Source of the DNA: a virus
UHGV virus genome: UHGV-0139780
Reading direction: 5' to 3' (one strand)
DNA length: 49,330 bases
This document shows positions 37,091-47,598 of this stretch, in pieces. Positions within the stretch are counted from its first letter, which is position 1. Each line of letters begins with the position of its first letter. The notes under the pieces were generated by a model. It did no database searches and was not told the origin of the DNA. It worked only from the letters and a program-made list of their open reading frames with translations. The position numbers and the translations under genes were made by a program.

Positions 37091-39406
37091 ATGATAAGCA
37101 TCGTAAAACGTAACGGCCAAACAGAGCCGTTATCCGAAGAAAAATACAACCGCGTCGTAATGTATGGCGTAGAAGGCATTCGTGGTGTAAGCGCATCCGC
37201 TGTAGCAATGGGAGCTGCGGCCAGCATTTTTGATGGGATTACCACCAGCCAGTTGCATGAGGCTTTGGTTAAATCTGCCGCTGATTTGATCTCACCAGAT
37301 GCACCAAATTACTCACAGGTGGCTGCCCGCCTGAACATTTTTAAAATCCGCAAAGATGCCTTCGGTCGTTACGACTATCCGAACTTCTACCAACACATTG
37401 TCAAGAACGTTAACAAGGGCGTTTATGACAAGGATTTGCTGACACATTATTCGTTTGAAGAGATCGAAGAACTCGGCAATTACATTAAGCCTAAACGTGA
37501 CGATCTTTTTGGCTATGCAGCTACGGTGCAATTGCAAAGCAAATACCTCGTTCAAAACCGTGTTACTGGTGAGATTCATGAGGGGCCGCAACATATCTAT
37601 ATGCTGGTAGGCATGTGTCTGTTCCAGAATTGGGAAGACGACTGCGCTGGCAAAACACGTATGGAGATGGTCAAAGGTTTCTATGACGTTACAAGTACGT
37701 TCAAACTGTCTCTGCCCACACCAATCATGGCCGGCGTCCGTACTCCAACCCGTCAGTTCTCCAGTTGTGTGCTGATTGAGTCTGGCGATAGTCTGAAAGG
37801 GATTAGCGCAGCTTCAGCCGCAATTATCGACTACGTTTCACGTCGTGCTGGAATTGGTATTGGTTTTGGCCGTATCCGTGCGCTGGGCAGTGAGATCCGC
37901 AATGGTGAAGCCACCCATACCGGAGTTATTCCATTCCTGAAGCATTTCCAGACGGCTGTTAAATCTTGCTCGCAAGGTGGTGTCCGTGGTGGCGCAGCAA
38001 CAGCGTTTTACCCGATTTGGCATCTTGAAGTTGAAAGTCTGCTGGTGGTGAAAAATAACCGTGGTATCGATGAAAACCGCGTTCGCCATCTTGATTACGG
38101 TGTCATGAGTAACCGTCTGATGTACCGTCGACTCGTCAGAAGCGAGAACATCACTCTGTTCAGCCCGCATGATGTGCCTGATATGTACGAAGCCTTCTTC
38201 ACAGACCAGGATCTGTTTGAAAAGCTGTACCATAAATACGAAGCCGATGATTCAATTCGCAAGAAGTCAGTGCCTGCCATTGAGCTGTTCTCATATCTGA
38301 TGCAGGAACGTGCGTCCACGGGCCGAATTTATATTGCGAACGTCGATCATATTAACGAGCATGGCGCTTTCATTCCTGCTCTTGCACCTGTCCGCCAGTC
38401 AAACCTGTGTATGGAGATCACCCTACCCACCCGTCCACTGACATTTACCGACGACCCGAACGGTGAGATCGCGCTTTGCACTTTATCCGCTTTTAATCTC
38501 GGAGCCATCCGTTCACTGGAGTCTCTTAAAGAGGTGGCGTTCTATGCCGTCGCTGCACTGGATTCGTTACTGGATTATCAAGACTATCCGATGGAGGCAG
38601 CCGAAGTGCCTGCCAAAGCTCGTCGTAGCCTGGGAATCGGTGTAACCAACTTTGCTTATTACCTGGCAAAGAATGGCGTTCGTTATTCTGATACCGCTGG
38701 CAATAAACTGGTGCATGAAACGTTCGAAGCTATCCAGTATTACCTTCTCGATGCCAGCTGCCAACTTGCTGAAGCTAAAGGTGAGTGTGACTGGTTTGAG
38801 CAGACCAAATACGCAATTGGTCAGTTGCCGATCGACCATTACCGTTCTTCATTAGACGAAAGTGGTGAAACCAACTTTGAGTTAAAGATGCCGTGGGAAG
38901 AACTGCGTGAACGTATTGCAAAATACGGTCTTCGCAACTCCACACTGACGGCACAAATGCCATGCGAGACTTCCAGCCAGATCACTAATTCCACCAACGG
39001 CATCGAACCGCCTCGTGGACCGGTGTCGGTGAAATCTTCTAAGGACGGCATCGTTAAGATGGTCGTGCCTGAGTTTGAAAAACTGAAGAAACAGTATGAA
39101 TACCTGTGGGATATGCCGGACAACCGCGGCTATCTGACAAAGGTGGCGATCATCCAGAAGTTCTTTGACCAGGCTATTTCAGCCAATACCAACTATGACC
39201 CTTCTCGCTTTGAAGGCGATAAAGTCCCAATGATGACGCTACTGTCAGATTTGCTTCTCGCCTACAAGATGGGGGTTAAAACGCTTTACTACCACAACAC
39301 CAGAGATGGGGCAGGAAAGCGTGATGACGACGAACCGCAGAATCCACTGACGCAAGCTGTAGCCGTCGAGCCAGAAGATGAGTGCGACGGAGCCTGCAAA
39401 ATCTGA
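37091..39406 (+). CDS. nrdA: ribonucleotide reductase class Ia alpha subunit
   Basis: Extended identity to recalled enterobacterial NrdA blocks (YLVQNRVTGEI, SCVLIE, NLCMEITLPT, PCETSSQITNSTNGIEPP, C-terminal CxxC tail). Confidence 0.9.
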   Translation: MISIVKRNGQTEPLSEEKYNRVVMYGVEGIRGVSASAVAMGAAASIFDGITTSQLHEALVKSAADLISPDAPNYSQVAARLNIFKIRKDAFGRYDYPNFYQHIVKNVNKGVYDKDLLTHYSFEEIEELGNYIKPKRDDLFGYAATVQLQSKYLVQNRVTGEIHEGPQHIYMLVGMCLFQNWEDDCAGKTRMEMVKGFYDVTSTFKLSLPTPIMAGVRTPTRQFSSCVLIESGDSLKGISAASAAIIDYVSRRAGIGIGFGRIRALGSEIRNGEATHTGVIPFLKHFQTAVKSCSQGGVRGGAATAFYPIWHLEVESLLVVKNNRGIDENRVRHLDYGVMSNRLMYRRLVRSENITLFSPHDVPDMYEAFFTDQDLFEKLYHKYEADDSIRKKSVPAIELFSYLMQERASTGRIYIANVDHINEHGAFIPALAPVRQSNLCMEITLPTRPLTFTDDPNGEIALCTLSAFNLGAIRSLESLKEVAFYAVAALDSLLDYQDYPMEAAEVPAKARRSLGIGVTNFAYYLAKNGVRYSDTAGNKLVHETFEAIQYYLLDASCQLAEAKGECDWFEQTKYAIGQLPIDHYRSSLDESGETNFELKMPWEELRERIAKYGLRNSTLTAQMPCETSSQITNSTNGIEPPRGPVSVKSSKDGIVKMVVPEFEKLKKQYEYLWDMPDNRGYLTKVAIIQKFFDQAISANTNYDPSRFEGDKVPMMTLLSDLLLAYKMGVKTLYYHNTRDGAGKRDDDEPQNPLTQAVAVEPEDECDGACKI

Positions 39407-39511
39407 TATATGGTGGGGTGTATCCCCACCTTCTCTTTGATTTGTAAGCCTTGTTTAAACAAATAAGATAACAACTTGTTTAAACACATCAAAAAGCAAA
39501 AGGAAAAACAC

Positions 39512-40654
39512 ATGTCATATTCAACGTTCCGTTTGGGTGCTAATGATGCAACCAAAGAGCCTATGTTCCTCGGACAATCTGTCAACGTGGCACGTTACGA
39601 TCAGCAAAAATACCGTGATTTTGAAAAGTTGATTGAACGTCAATTGTCTTTCTTCTGGCGGCCGGAAGAAGTTGATATTTCGAGCGATCGCATCGACTTC
39701 AATACGAAGCTGCGGGACCACGAACGCCACATTTTCCTGAGTAATCTCCGTTATCAAACGTTGCTCGATTCAGTTCAGGGACGTAGCCCAAATGCAACGC
39801 TGCTGCCGCTTATCTCTATTCCTGAACTGGAAACGTGGGTTGAAACGTGGTCTTTCTCTGAGACTATCCATAGCCGTAGCTACACCCATATTATTCGTGG
39901 CATGGTGGACGATCCGAGCATTGTTTTTGACGGTATTGTTACGGATGAAGAAATCATCAACCGAGCGATCAGTATCTCTGCTGAATATGACAGGCTTTAT
40001 GGGATGACATGCGAGCGCCAGTCGTTAGGTGAGAAGGAGTTTGAACGTCTGTACGTAAATGAATATGGCTGGGAGCCATACCCTTTGCACCGTCAGCTTT
40101 TCCGCACGTTGGTGTCCATTAATGCGCTTGAGGCGATCCGTTTCTATGTAAGTTTTGCATGTACGTTTGCCTTTGGCGAACGGAAGTTGCTTGAGGGTAA
40201 CACCAAAATTATGCGCTTTATTGCCCGTGATGAAGCTCTGCATTGCGAAGGAACTGAACGCATGATCCGCTTCATGCGTACCGGTCGCGAAGGTTTATTG
40301 TGGAAAGAGATTGCTGCTGATGAAGAAAACGTCATTTACGACACCATGAAATCAGTCGCCGAACAAGAAATGAACTGGGCAGACTATCTCTTCAAAGACG
40401 GTTCGATGATTGGTTTAAACGCGGATATTCTGAAGACCTATGTAAAATACCGCACCAATCTGGCTATGAATCGTCTTGGCCTGAAGGCTTTATTTCCAGA
40501 AGTTACCACTGATCCGCTGGTCTGGATGAACAAGTGGTTGTTAACCGACACACTGCAAATTGCACCACAAGAGGCAGAGCAAAGCACATATCTGGTAGGT
40601 CAGATCGATTCTACCGTGGATAAGGCTTCTCTAAGCCAGTTTGCAGACCTGTAA
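39512..40654 (+). CDS. nrdB: ribonucleotide reductase class Ia beta subunit
   Basis: N-terminus MSYSTF...[20 protein letters not shown] matches recalled E. coli NrdB; start at ATG 39512 after AAAAGGAAAAACACATG. Confidence 0.9.
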   Translation: MSYSTFRLGANDATKEPMFLGQSVNVARYDQQKYRDFEKLIERQLSFFWRPEEVDISSDRIDFNTKLRDHERHIFLSNLRYQTLLDSVQGRSPNATLLPLISIPELETWVETWSFSETIHSRSYTHIIRGMVDDPSIVFDGIVTDEEIINRAISISAEYDRLYGMTCERQSLGEKEFERLYVNEYGWEPYPLHRQLFRTLVSINALEAIRFYVSFACTFAFGERKLLEGNTKIMRFIARDEALHCEGTERMIRFMRTGREGLLWKEIAADEENVIYDTMKSVAEQEMNWADYLFKDGSMIGLNADILKTYVKYRTNLAMNRLGLKALFPEVTTDPLVWMNKWLLTDTLQIAPQEAEQSTYLVGQIDSTVDKASLSQFADL

Positions 40655-40731
40655 ACCGATACAAAGCATTATGTGGCCTGGCAACGCTGGGCCACAATGG
40701 ATCACAAGAATTAAGAAGGAACAAAACTAGC

Positions 40732-41601
40732 ATGAACTTTACCAAACTGACTGACCACCTGAAACTTGCCACCGATCGACTCATTGGATTTAAGCCAGAA
40801 CCATATGAGTTGCATGAAGGCCATGGTGTAGCCACTGAAAGTATTTACAAGATGGTCGATCAGTTTCATGAACTCTTCCAGCATCCGAGACGCGTTATGC
40901 CGACACCAGAGCTGCTTCGTCTCCGTGCAAGCCTGATTCATGAAGAAGCTGTAGTGGAAGGTATTCCAGCCGCAATGAATGGGGATATTGAGCAACTGCT
41001 GGATGCAATGGCCGACTTTTTATACGTTGGTGTTGGTACGATGGTCGCCATCAAAGGCGGCATTTCTACCGGCATGACCTATTACACGCAGGAACAGAGC
41101 ATTGATCGCTTTATGCAGACAATTTTTGTGCCTGGTAACACTGTTTTCGATGATATGGCAATGCCATTTCAGGAAGCTCGTGAGGCGTCATGTATGCTCG
41201 AAGAGCTGGCAGATAAACTTGAGAACAAGACTGTTAAGGATTCTGAGCTGATTCAGGAACTGCGCCGTGTCATGAACAAAATCTATGTGGCGTGCATGAT
41301 GACCTATCGACTGGCTGATTTCCTCGGTATCAATGTCGTCGAGCTGGTTGGCGAAATTCATCGGTCTAACATGACAAAATTATGGCCTGCTGATGTCGAG
41401 GAACGTCGCCAGGCTGTGGCCAACTGCAAATACGACTCTTCAGATCTGGGATTTCGCCATGCTGATGGCACCGATAAGATGATCGGCTTTCGAATTTCCG
41501 ATGGAAAAATTCTGAAGTCTCCAACCTATAGTGATGTCGATTTATCCTCCTTTGTTGAGCAAGCTAAAGCCTCAGCAATGTACGGAATGATCAAAAAATA
41601 A
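40732..41601 (+). CDS. MazG-like nucleoside triphosphate pyrophosphohydrolase (tandem all-alpha domains; tentative)
   Basis: Two EE..E...D-type helical blocks (HEEAVVEGI...DAMADFLYV and EELADKL); position among nucleotide-metabolism genes. Confidence 0.4.
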   Translation: MNFTKLTDHLKLATDRLIGFKPEPYELHEGHGVATESIYKMVDQFHELFQHPRRVMPTPELLRLRASLIHEEAVVEGIPAAMNGDIEQLLDAMADFLYVGVGTMVAIKGGISTGMTYYTQEQSIDRFMQTIFVPGNTVFDDMAMPFQEAREASCMLEELADKLENKTVKDSELIQELRRVMNKIYVACMMTYRLADFLGINVVELVGEIHRSNMTKLWPADVEERRQAVANCKYDSSDLGFRHADGTDKMIGFRISDGKILKSPTYSDVDLSSFVEQAKASAMYGMIKK

Positions 41602-41772
41602 TTGTAGGTAGTTATCTATCTATGTATATTGTGTCTGCGCGTTAAATTTCTGAAACAACTATTCGTTTTTGGTGGCCTATGGTCACCATTTTTTTATCTG
41701 TCTGGTCTTGTTCTCTCAATAAATGTAAACTCACACAATAAATAAGTGATTACCTATCTTTGTGAGGTTTTT

Positions 41773-42876
41773 GTGTCACTCCTTTTGAATCGTGAGCATA
41801 CGAACGGTCAGGTAACAAACGCATCGTATGCAAGAGTTATTGAGACGGTGCTTAAAAGCGGCGTGCAGGCTGATGATCGCACAGGCACTGGTACTTTAAG
41901 CACCTGCTACGTTCCCTCTTACTACATGCTTACTGGTGGGACTGTGCCGCTTATTTCTGGAAAGGCGGTAAATCTTAAGCCACTACTTGTCGAACTTGAG
42001 TGGTATCTGAAAGGCACGGGTAACATCCAATTTCTCAAGGATAACGGCGTGAAGATTTGGGACGCATGGGCCGATGAGAATGGTGATTTGGGGCCGGTTT
42101 ACGGCAAGCAGTGGCGTCGCTGGGAAGATACCCGCATCGTGAGCCATAGTGAGTATCTGAGCAAGATCGATACGTTCCGTGAACGCGGGTACAAAGTCGA
42201 GGGATACCTGGGTATCAGTGAAGATCGCGTAGTGCTGTCCCGTGAAATCGATCAGCTACAGCGTATTGTCGATACACTGCGCACGAACCCTACCGATCGT
42301 CGCATCATGCTTAACGCATGGAACGTAGGCGAGCTTGAGGATATGAAACTGCCACCTTGCCACTTTGTCTTCTCTTTGTGGAGTCGTGAGCTTGATTTTG
42401 AAACCCGTTTAACGATGGCAACTGACATTGGTCTTCAACACAGTCGCCTCGGTTACGAGTCTATCTACACCAAGATGCTATACGATCTGGAGATGGTCGG
42501 CAGTGTTACTGAAACTGAACTGGATGAACTTGGAATCCCCAAACGCATCCTCAACTCCTGCCTCGTACAGCGTAGCGTAGACACTTTTGTTGGTATGCCA
42601 TTCAATATTGCTGGTTATGGCATTCTCACTCATTTTCTCGCGAAGATTACGGGTCACATGGCCGGTGCCTTTGTGCATTTTGGCTTTGACGTGCATTTGT
42701 ACAACAACCACATGGAAAGTGTGTGTGAGCTAATGAAACGACAGGCTCCAGAGCATTCAGATCCGGTCGTTATTTTCCCTCATGAATGGTCAGAGTTGGA
42801 TGATTTCAAATGGGACGAGGTTCTAATTCTTGGCTATGCCCCTCTACCGTGGATCAAGGTTCCAGTGGCGGTGTGA
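41773..42876 (+). CDS. thyA: thymidylate synthase (ThyA) with two internal insertions
   Basis: DRTGTGTLS, IWDAWADENGDLGPVYGKQWR, NAWNVGEL, LPPCH, VQRSVDTFVGMPFNIA blocks; start set to GTG 41773 after GAGG; track ATG 41746 lies inside an intergenic motif. Confidence 0.8.
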   Translation: MSLLLNREHTNGQVTNASYARVIETVLKSGVQADDRTGTGTLSTCYVPSYYMLTGGTVPLISGKAVNLKPLLVELEWYLKGTGNIQFLKDNGVKIWDAWADENGDLGPVYGKQWRRWEDTRIVSHSEYLSKIDTFRERGYKVEGYLGISEDRVVLSREIDQLQRIVDTLRTNPTDRRIMLNAWNVGELEDMKLPPCHFVFSLWSRELDFETRLTMATDIGLQHSRLGYESIYTKMLYDLEMVGSVTETELDELGIPKRILNSCLVQRSVDTFVGMPFNIAGYGILTHFLAKITGHMAGAFVHFGFDVHLYNNHMESVCELMKRQAPEHSDPVVIFPHEWSELDDFKWDEVLILGYAPLPWIKVPVAV

Positions 42877-42877
42877 T

Positions 42878-43291
42878 ATGGCAAGAGGTATGTATGTCTT
42901 ATGCGAAATTGAAGGTGTGCTGGCAAATACCAGCCATCGTAAATCTGTATCTGACGCGGATGCAGGCCAGCTCATTGCCGGTGATGAACTCATTTTCCCC
43001 ACCAGCCGTATGTTGCGTGGTTTTGCTCGCTCAGGGGCTGAAGTGGTGCTTATCAGTAGCCGCTCTGAAACTCTTGAAGCGCCCACTAAACGATGGCTGA
43101 AAGATTTTGGTGTTGATTACGACTGGCTTCATCTCGTACCGAATGGCATCAGTTATGAGAAGCATATTAAGCGCACATTAGCGGAGCATAAAGGCGATCT
43201 GCTTATCGCTGCGCTGGTGCACGATCCTCGACTCCGTGCCGCTTTAGCTGACTCTCATCATAGACCGGTCATCTATGAGGTGGGCAAATGA
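42878..43291 (+). CDS. hypothetical protein (possible HAD-like phosphatase; weak)
   Basis: Start at ATG 42878 just after the thyA stop; 137 aa; no confident motif. Confidence 0.3.
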   Translation: MARGMYVLCEIEGVLANTSHRKSVSDADAGQLIAGDELIFPTSRMLRGFARSGAEVVLISSRSETLEAPTKRWLKDFGVDYDWLHLVPNGISYEKHIKRTLAEHKGDLLIAALVHDPRLRAALADSHHRPVIYEVGK

Positions 43292-43764
43292 AGATGATAG
43301 CTGCTGTTGGCCGTAATTATGAGATCGGTATAGCGAACGAACTGCCCTGGCGTTGCTCTACCGATCTGAAGCTATTTAAGAGACTCACCAAAAACGCCAC
43401 TGTCGTTATGGGACGTAAAACGATGGAAAGTCTCAAACGCCCTCTTCCAGAGCGTCATAATCTCGTTTTGACGCGCTCTCATGGCTTTGTACCAAATGGA
43501 TTCTACCCTGCTGGTGTGGATGATGTGTTGCGATTACCAGAGCCTGTGTGGGTGATTGGCGGGGAACAAATTTACTCGCTATTCATGCCGCATGTTGAAG
43601 AGATTTGGCTCTCCCACATCGGCGTTGATGTACCAAACGCTGATGCATTCTTCCCGGCAAGCATGATGCGTAACTTAGGCTTTGTGCCTGTTGAAACAGC
43701 TTATACCCAACGAGCCAGCGAGGAAGAGCCTGGCTTTTCGCAGATCGTATACAGAAGGTCGTAA
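43288..43764 (+). CDS. dihydrofolate reductase
   Basis: DHFR N-terminal pattern MIAAVGRNYEIGIANELPW and VVMGRKT; adjacent to thyA. Confidence 0.8.
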   Translation: MKMIAAVGRNYEIGIANELPWRCSTDLKLFKRLTKNATVVMGRKTMESLKRPLPERHNLVLTRSHGFVPNGFYPAGVDDVLRLPEPVWVIGGEQIYSLFMPHVEEIWLSHIGVDVPNADAFFPASMMRNLGFVPVETAYTQRASEEEPGFSQIVYRRS

Positions 43765-44408
43765 TGGATTACCGGATTGGGATCACTGGTGCTCAGGGCA
43801 GTGGGAAAACAACCCTGGCTAAATATATCGACAAACATTACGGAATCCCTTACGTGGATGCTGGTGTCGGAAGTTTGATGAGCCGCCTCGGTGTTCGAGT
43901 AGGTGAGTCTATGCCTCTATATGAGCGGCTTCAGATTCAAATGGAAATAGCAAAGCATATAGAGCTACTTACGCGTGGTGTTGAAGGCTTTGTTATCGAT
44001 CGCACACCTGCTGATGTTATGGCCTACACGTTGGATTTGGTCGGCCATACAAATGAAGAGCGGTGTATTGAGTTAGCCCTCGATATCGAAAAATTTTGCC
44101 ACAAAACTGCCATTTCAAACTTTAACGCCATTGCTGGCTTACGCCCGGGAGTCGCTCTCTCAGAGCGAGATTACTTGCGATCACAACGAGCATCATTAGA
44201 CCGTCTGTATGTTGCTCGTATTGATGCGTTGATGTGCGGGGAACTGACAAAAATTCACCTGCATCCGCAAAGGGGAGATCTGCAAACTTTCGTCGTTTCC
44301 AACCGATATCGCACAGTTGAAGCAAGAGCCAGATCAGTAATGAGAATACTCGATAACGCTGTAGAAAAGATAGAAAACCGGTTCTGTGGCCGAGTGACCG
44401 TTCATTAG
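43764..44408 (+). CDS. P-loop nucleotide kinase (dNMP kinase-like)
   Basis: N-terminal P-loop GITGAQGSGKTT; context of nucleotide-metabolism genes. Confidence 0.5.
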   Translation: MDYRIGITGAQGSGKTTLAKYIDKHYGIPYVDAGVGSLMSRLGVRVGESMPLYERLQIQMEIAKHIELLTRGVEGFVIDRTPADVMAYTLDLVGHTNEERCIELALDIEKFCHKTAISNFNAIAGLRPGVALSERDYLRSQRASLDRLYVARIDALMCGELTKIHLHPQRGDLQTFVVSNRYRTVEARARSVMRILDNAVEKIENRFCGRVTVH

Positions 44409-44469
44409 AAATTGTTCGCCTCTTCGACATTGCGACAATAAAACTCTCAAAATGGGTTAAGGATAAAAA

Positions 44470-44889
44470 ATGTTTAGTGAAATGTTGCTTGAAGATGAAC
44501 TGGATCGGAAAACAACAGAGGCTTTGATTCGTGTGGCGGACGAACATTCTCGGTCGTTTATGAGCGATCGAGAGGCTCGTCTGGCTATTCGTGCCATATT
44601 CGAAACTGCGCAAGGGCTTGTTGGCGCACAAGTAGGTGAAGCCATTAACATCGCCATGTCTCAGTTCAGTGAAGGCAGTAAAAAGCCTCTGTTTCCTATG
44701 CATTTGATGCTGGCTGGTGGCACGGTGCTTTATATCTCTGTTTGTCTGGATAGCAACCAAATCAACATTCTCAACACAGCATCAGGTAAGTGGAAAGATC
44801 CGATTGTCTGTGAAACCAGTGAAGAAACTTTGAAAAAAGCGGCTCAATTTGTACGTAGCGCACTACTTAAGGGCGCTAAGAAGTTGTAA
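44470..44889 (+). CDS. hypothetical protein
   Basis: 139-aa ORF; no motif recognised. Confidence 0.3.
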   Translation: MFSEMLLEDELDRKTTEALIRVADEHSRSFMSDREARLAIRAIFETAQGLVGAQVGEAINIAMSQFSEGSKKPLFPMHLMLAGGTVLYISVCLDSNQINILNTASGKWKDPIVCETSEETLKKAAQFVRSALLKGAKKL

Positions 44890-44895
44890 GGAGTT

Positions 44896-45453
44896 TTGAT
44901 GACAACGATTGTTGCAGGCATCGATATCGAGTCTACGGGGCTGGATTTCCTTGCTGGTCATAAAATTATTGAAATCGCAATGGTGAAGTACGAAATTGAG
45001 ACACAGACAATGGTTGATAGTTTTGTAATGCGGTTCAACCCGCGTCGCAGTATCGATCCGAAAGCGCAAGCGGTACACGGCATCAGTCTTGAAGATTTAG
45101 CCGCCGAGCCGTTACTAGCCGATCACGCTTCATCTGTCGCTTCGTACCTCTCTTCTTCCGATATTTGGATAGCCCACAACGGCGAAGCGTTCGATATTCC
45201 GTTTATTAGGCATGAGCTGAAAAGTTACGGTTTTTCGCTTCCAGACATCCCATTGATTGACACTCTATTTTCCCTGTGGGCCACAGAAGACGGTAAACGT
45301 CCCCGCCTTGAAGAGTTAGCCTTCTCTCTTGGCTTTATATACGATCATACCAAAGCACATAGTGCCTTATATGACACAAACTTAATGATGCAATGCTTCT
45401 TTAAGGCACGTAATAAGTACGGATTTTTTAAGTTGCCTTCTGAAATAGCTTAG
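44896..45453 (+). CDS. DEDDh 3'-5' exonuclease (DnaQ/DexA-like)
   Basis: Exo I GIDIESTG, Exo II HNGEAFD, Exo III HSALYD. Confidence 0.7.
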   Translation: MMTTIVAGIDIESTGLDFLAGHKIIEIAMVKYEIETQTMVDSFVMRFNPRRSIDPKAQAVHGISLEDLAAEPLLADHASSVASYLSSSDIWIAHNGEAFDIPFIRHELKSYGFSLPDIPLIDTLFSLWATEDGKRPRLEELAFSLGFIYDHTKAHSALYDTNLMMQCFFKARNKYGFFKLPSEIA

Positions 45454-45456
45454 AAT

Positions 45457-45494
45457 AAACCCTACTTTAAATTAACTTTAAAGTAGGGTTTTTA
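45457..45494 (+). terminator. rho-independent terminator (15-bp stem)
   Basis: aaaccctactttaaa ttaac tttaaagtagggttt followed by tta. Confidence 0.6.
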
Positions 45495-45659
45495 TTAAAA
45501 ATATCTCACAAAAAGATAAATGTATTCAACTACAGCGATACCAATAACAACTTTTATTAATAAGTTGCTAAATTGTTCTTTTTTTGATGATTCCATTTTC
45601 CTTGCCAAAAAAAACATGAACGTACAATATTATAAATAACCTTTATTGAAGGTTATTTT

Positions 45660-45675
45660 TGTGATGACGATCACA
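45660..45675. promoter_or_regulatory. CRP-like palindrome TGTGA-N6-TCACA
   Basis: tgtgatgacgatcaca in an AT-rich intergenic region about 175 bp upstream of the acidic-protein gene. Confidence 0.35.
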
Positions 45676-45850
45676 AAAATAATATGTGTAAATTTATTTG
45701 CTTATTTGTAAAGCAGTCAGACTCACATGATCATCAGGAATATAACCCGTTCATGACTAACTCGCCTGGATTTAACACTTTTCCGCCTAGTAGGTTTAGT
45801 CAAAATATAATCAACTAAACGCAAATATAACGAAAGAAAAGGAGACTTAC

Positions 45851-46660
45851 ATGAGTTCGACTGAAAATGTAATTATAAATGATGATCTGGACGAGCTGAC
45901 TGCAATGTTGCGATCACTTGATGAACCAGTAAAAAAAGCTGCACAGATTGAAAATACTGATGACATTGATTATCTTCTTCTTGGTCTCGATGAAGGTGTG
46001 GCTACGAGTTCTGATGATGTCGCCGAAGAGTTGTCCAATGAAGAAAATATCGGTGATTTCAGCTCTGCTTTAAATGAGTTGGAGTTAGCGCATGAACCTA
46101 TAAACGTAATTAACGCTGAAAGCGTTGAAGCTGCTGAAAACGAGCCAGAACAATTGGGGATTATTGATGTTGAAGAGTGTGTTGAGGTTAATGATGGATT
46201 AAAAGTCCAACAGTCAAATGATAGCAACACAAATAAAAAAGCTCGTGCTGCAAGAGGTCCTCGTTTTACTTTAAGTGATAAAGATGATTCGTTTTTCAAT
46301 AAAGCAGGTTTAGAAAAAGATATTTTCTTAGACGCTTACGAAAACGCGCCTGTCAAAGCAAAGGATAAGATATTAAACCTTCTTAATTGGTTTAGCGCGG
46401 GTCCAGATATTAGTGTTTACACAGTAATTTCCATGAGACACCTTCTCACAGAAAAGAAGGCTACAAGTAATAGTATTAAGATTGCTTTAATGAGCAATCC
46501 AGAAAAACCGTATCCGCTTAACACGGCGTCAACTCAGGCTGGGCAAATGATGGCTGTGTTTCCAGCTACAGGAATTGCTGTTAGAGACGGTGGAAATCTA
46601 ACACTGAACGAAGAATCACCGATCGTTAAGAAGTTTGTCGCGGAGTACACTATTGGATGA
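45851..46660 (+). CDS. hypothetical protein with strongly acidic N-terminal half
   Basis: 269-aa ORF with GGAGA RBS; first ~130 aa very rich in D/E. Confidence 0.4.
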   Translation: MSSTENVIINDDLDELTAMLRSLDEPVKKAAQIENTDDIDYLLLGLDEGVATSSDDVAEELSNEENIGDFSSALNELELAHEPINVINAESVEAAENEPEQLGIIDVEECVEVNDGLKVQQSNDSNTNKKARAARGPRFTLSDKDDSFFNKAGLEKDIFLDAYENAPVKAKDKILNLLNWFSAGPDISVYTVISMRHLLTEKKATSNSIKIALMSNPEKPYPLNTASTQAGQMMAVFPATGIAVRDGGNLTLNEESPIVKKFVAEYTIG

Positions 46661-46843
46661 CGTTCCCCTACTGAAAATAAAGCCCATAGAGAGCTTTATA
46701 GTGCTGGGTAAGCCAATCACATACCCAGCACCACAAAAACGCGCCAGAGAGCTTCTTGTTCGCATTTCTGGCGCATTTTATTTGATTGCTATACATAAAA
46801 CCAAATGCAAAAATAGGTAATCACCTACCTATTGAGAAAGAAG

Positions 46844-47437
46844 ATGATTGCAGCTGAAAAAATCAAACAGCGAAAGCGCGACAACTCTCTTCGTGATCTC
46901 TGGAGAACACCTGATTGGCTGTTTTCTGCCATTCAACGTTATCTTGGAGTGACATTTGATGTTGACGTTGCCTGCAACAAGGACAATGCAAAGCTGCCAA
47001 ATTTCATAGGCGTTGAGCGCGATGCTTTGAAATCTGAATGGGGGCAGCCAGGTACAATTGCCTTCCTCAATCCACCCTACTCCAAAATCTCCCCCTGGAT
47101 TGATGCGGCTATACGTGAGCAGGCTCGCGGAGTTACAACCGTGATGCTAATTCCTCAATCCCTCGATACAAAGTGGTATGAGCGTGCAACAGAGTGTGCG
47201 AATGAGACGATTATTCTGTCTGGTGGCCGCGTAGCGTTTGTCGAGCCTGACGTCAATTTGGGTCAGGTAGAAGTAAACATCAACCCCGGTGGCAGTATGC
47301 TCGTTGTTTTTCGAGGATTCTGTCAGGATGCTGGGCACTCTATAAGCAAGATCCCTCTGGACGTCATGAAAAGTCTGGGAGGGTATGACCCTGCGAATGT
47401 GATCAGGAAAAAAAGACCATCAAAGAAGGCTGCTTAG
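46844..47437 (+). CDS. DNA N6-adenine methyltransferase (phage Dam-like)
   Basis: NPPY catalytic motif and WRTPDWLF N-terminal block; start at ATG 46844 (track begins at a TTG at 46832). Confidence 0.65.
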   Translation: MIAAEKIKQRKRDNSLRDLWRTPDWLFSAIQRYLGVTFDVDVACNKDNAKLPNFIGVERDALKSEWGQPGTIAFLNPPYSKISPWIDAAIREQARGVTTVMLIPQSLDTKWYERATECANETIILSGGRVAFVEPDVNLGQVEVNINPGGSMLVVFRGFCQDAGHSISKIPLDVMKSLGGYDPANVIRKKRPSKKAA

Positions 47438-47460
47438 TTTGTTCTGGCGTCTGTAATTAG

Positions 47461-47520
47461 CCTGCTTCTGTATATATAAATAACTACATATTAATTATTA
47501 ATATACGGAAACAGGCTGTT
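47461..47520 (+). terminator. large hairpin with AT-rich loop plus T-run; copy B of the recurring element
   Basis: cctgcttctgtatata ... atatacggaaacagg followed by ctgtttt; homologous to 3948-4009. Confidence 0.5.
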
Positions 47521-47598
47521 TTATATCAGAGACTCCAGACCTGAACATCATCACAGAATCCACTAGAACCCCTTCCCAGACGCTTTAAAATCGATTTT

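Noticed and set aside
39452-39486. Possible homing-endonuclease or intron insertion between nrdA and nrdB
   Set aside because: The gap is only about 100 bp, holds the palindromic promoter-like motif, and both genes are full length and uninterrupted.
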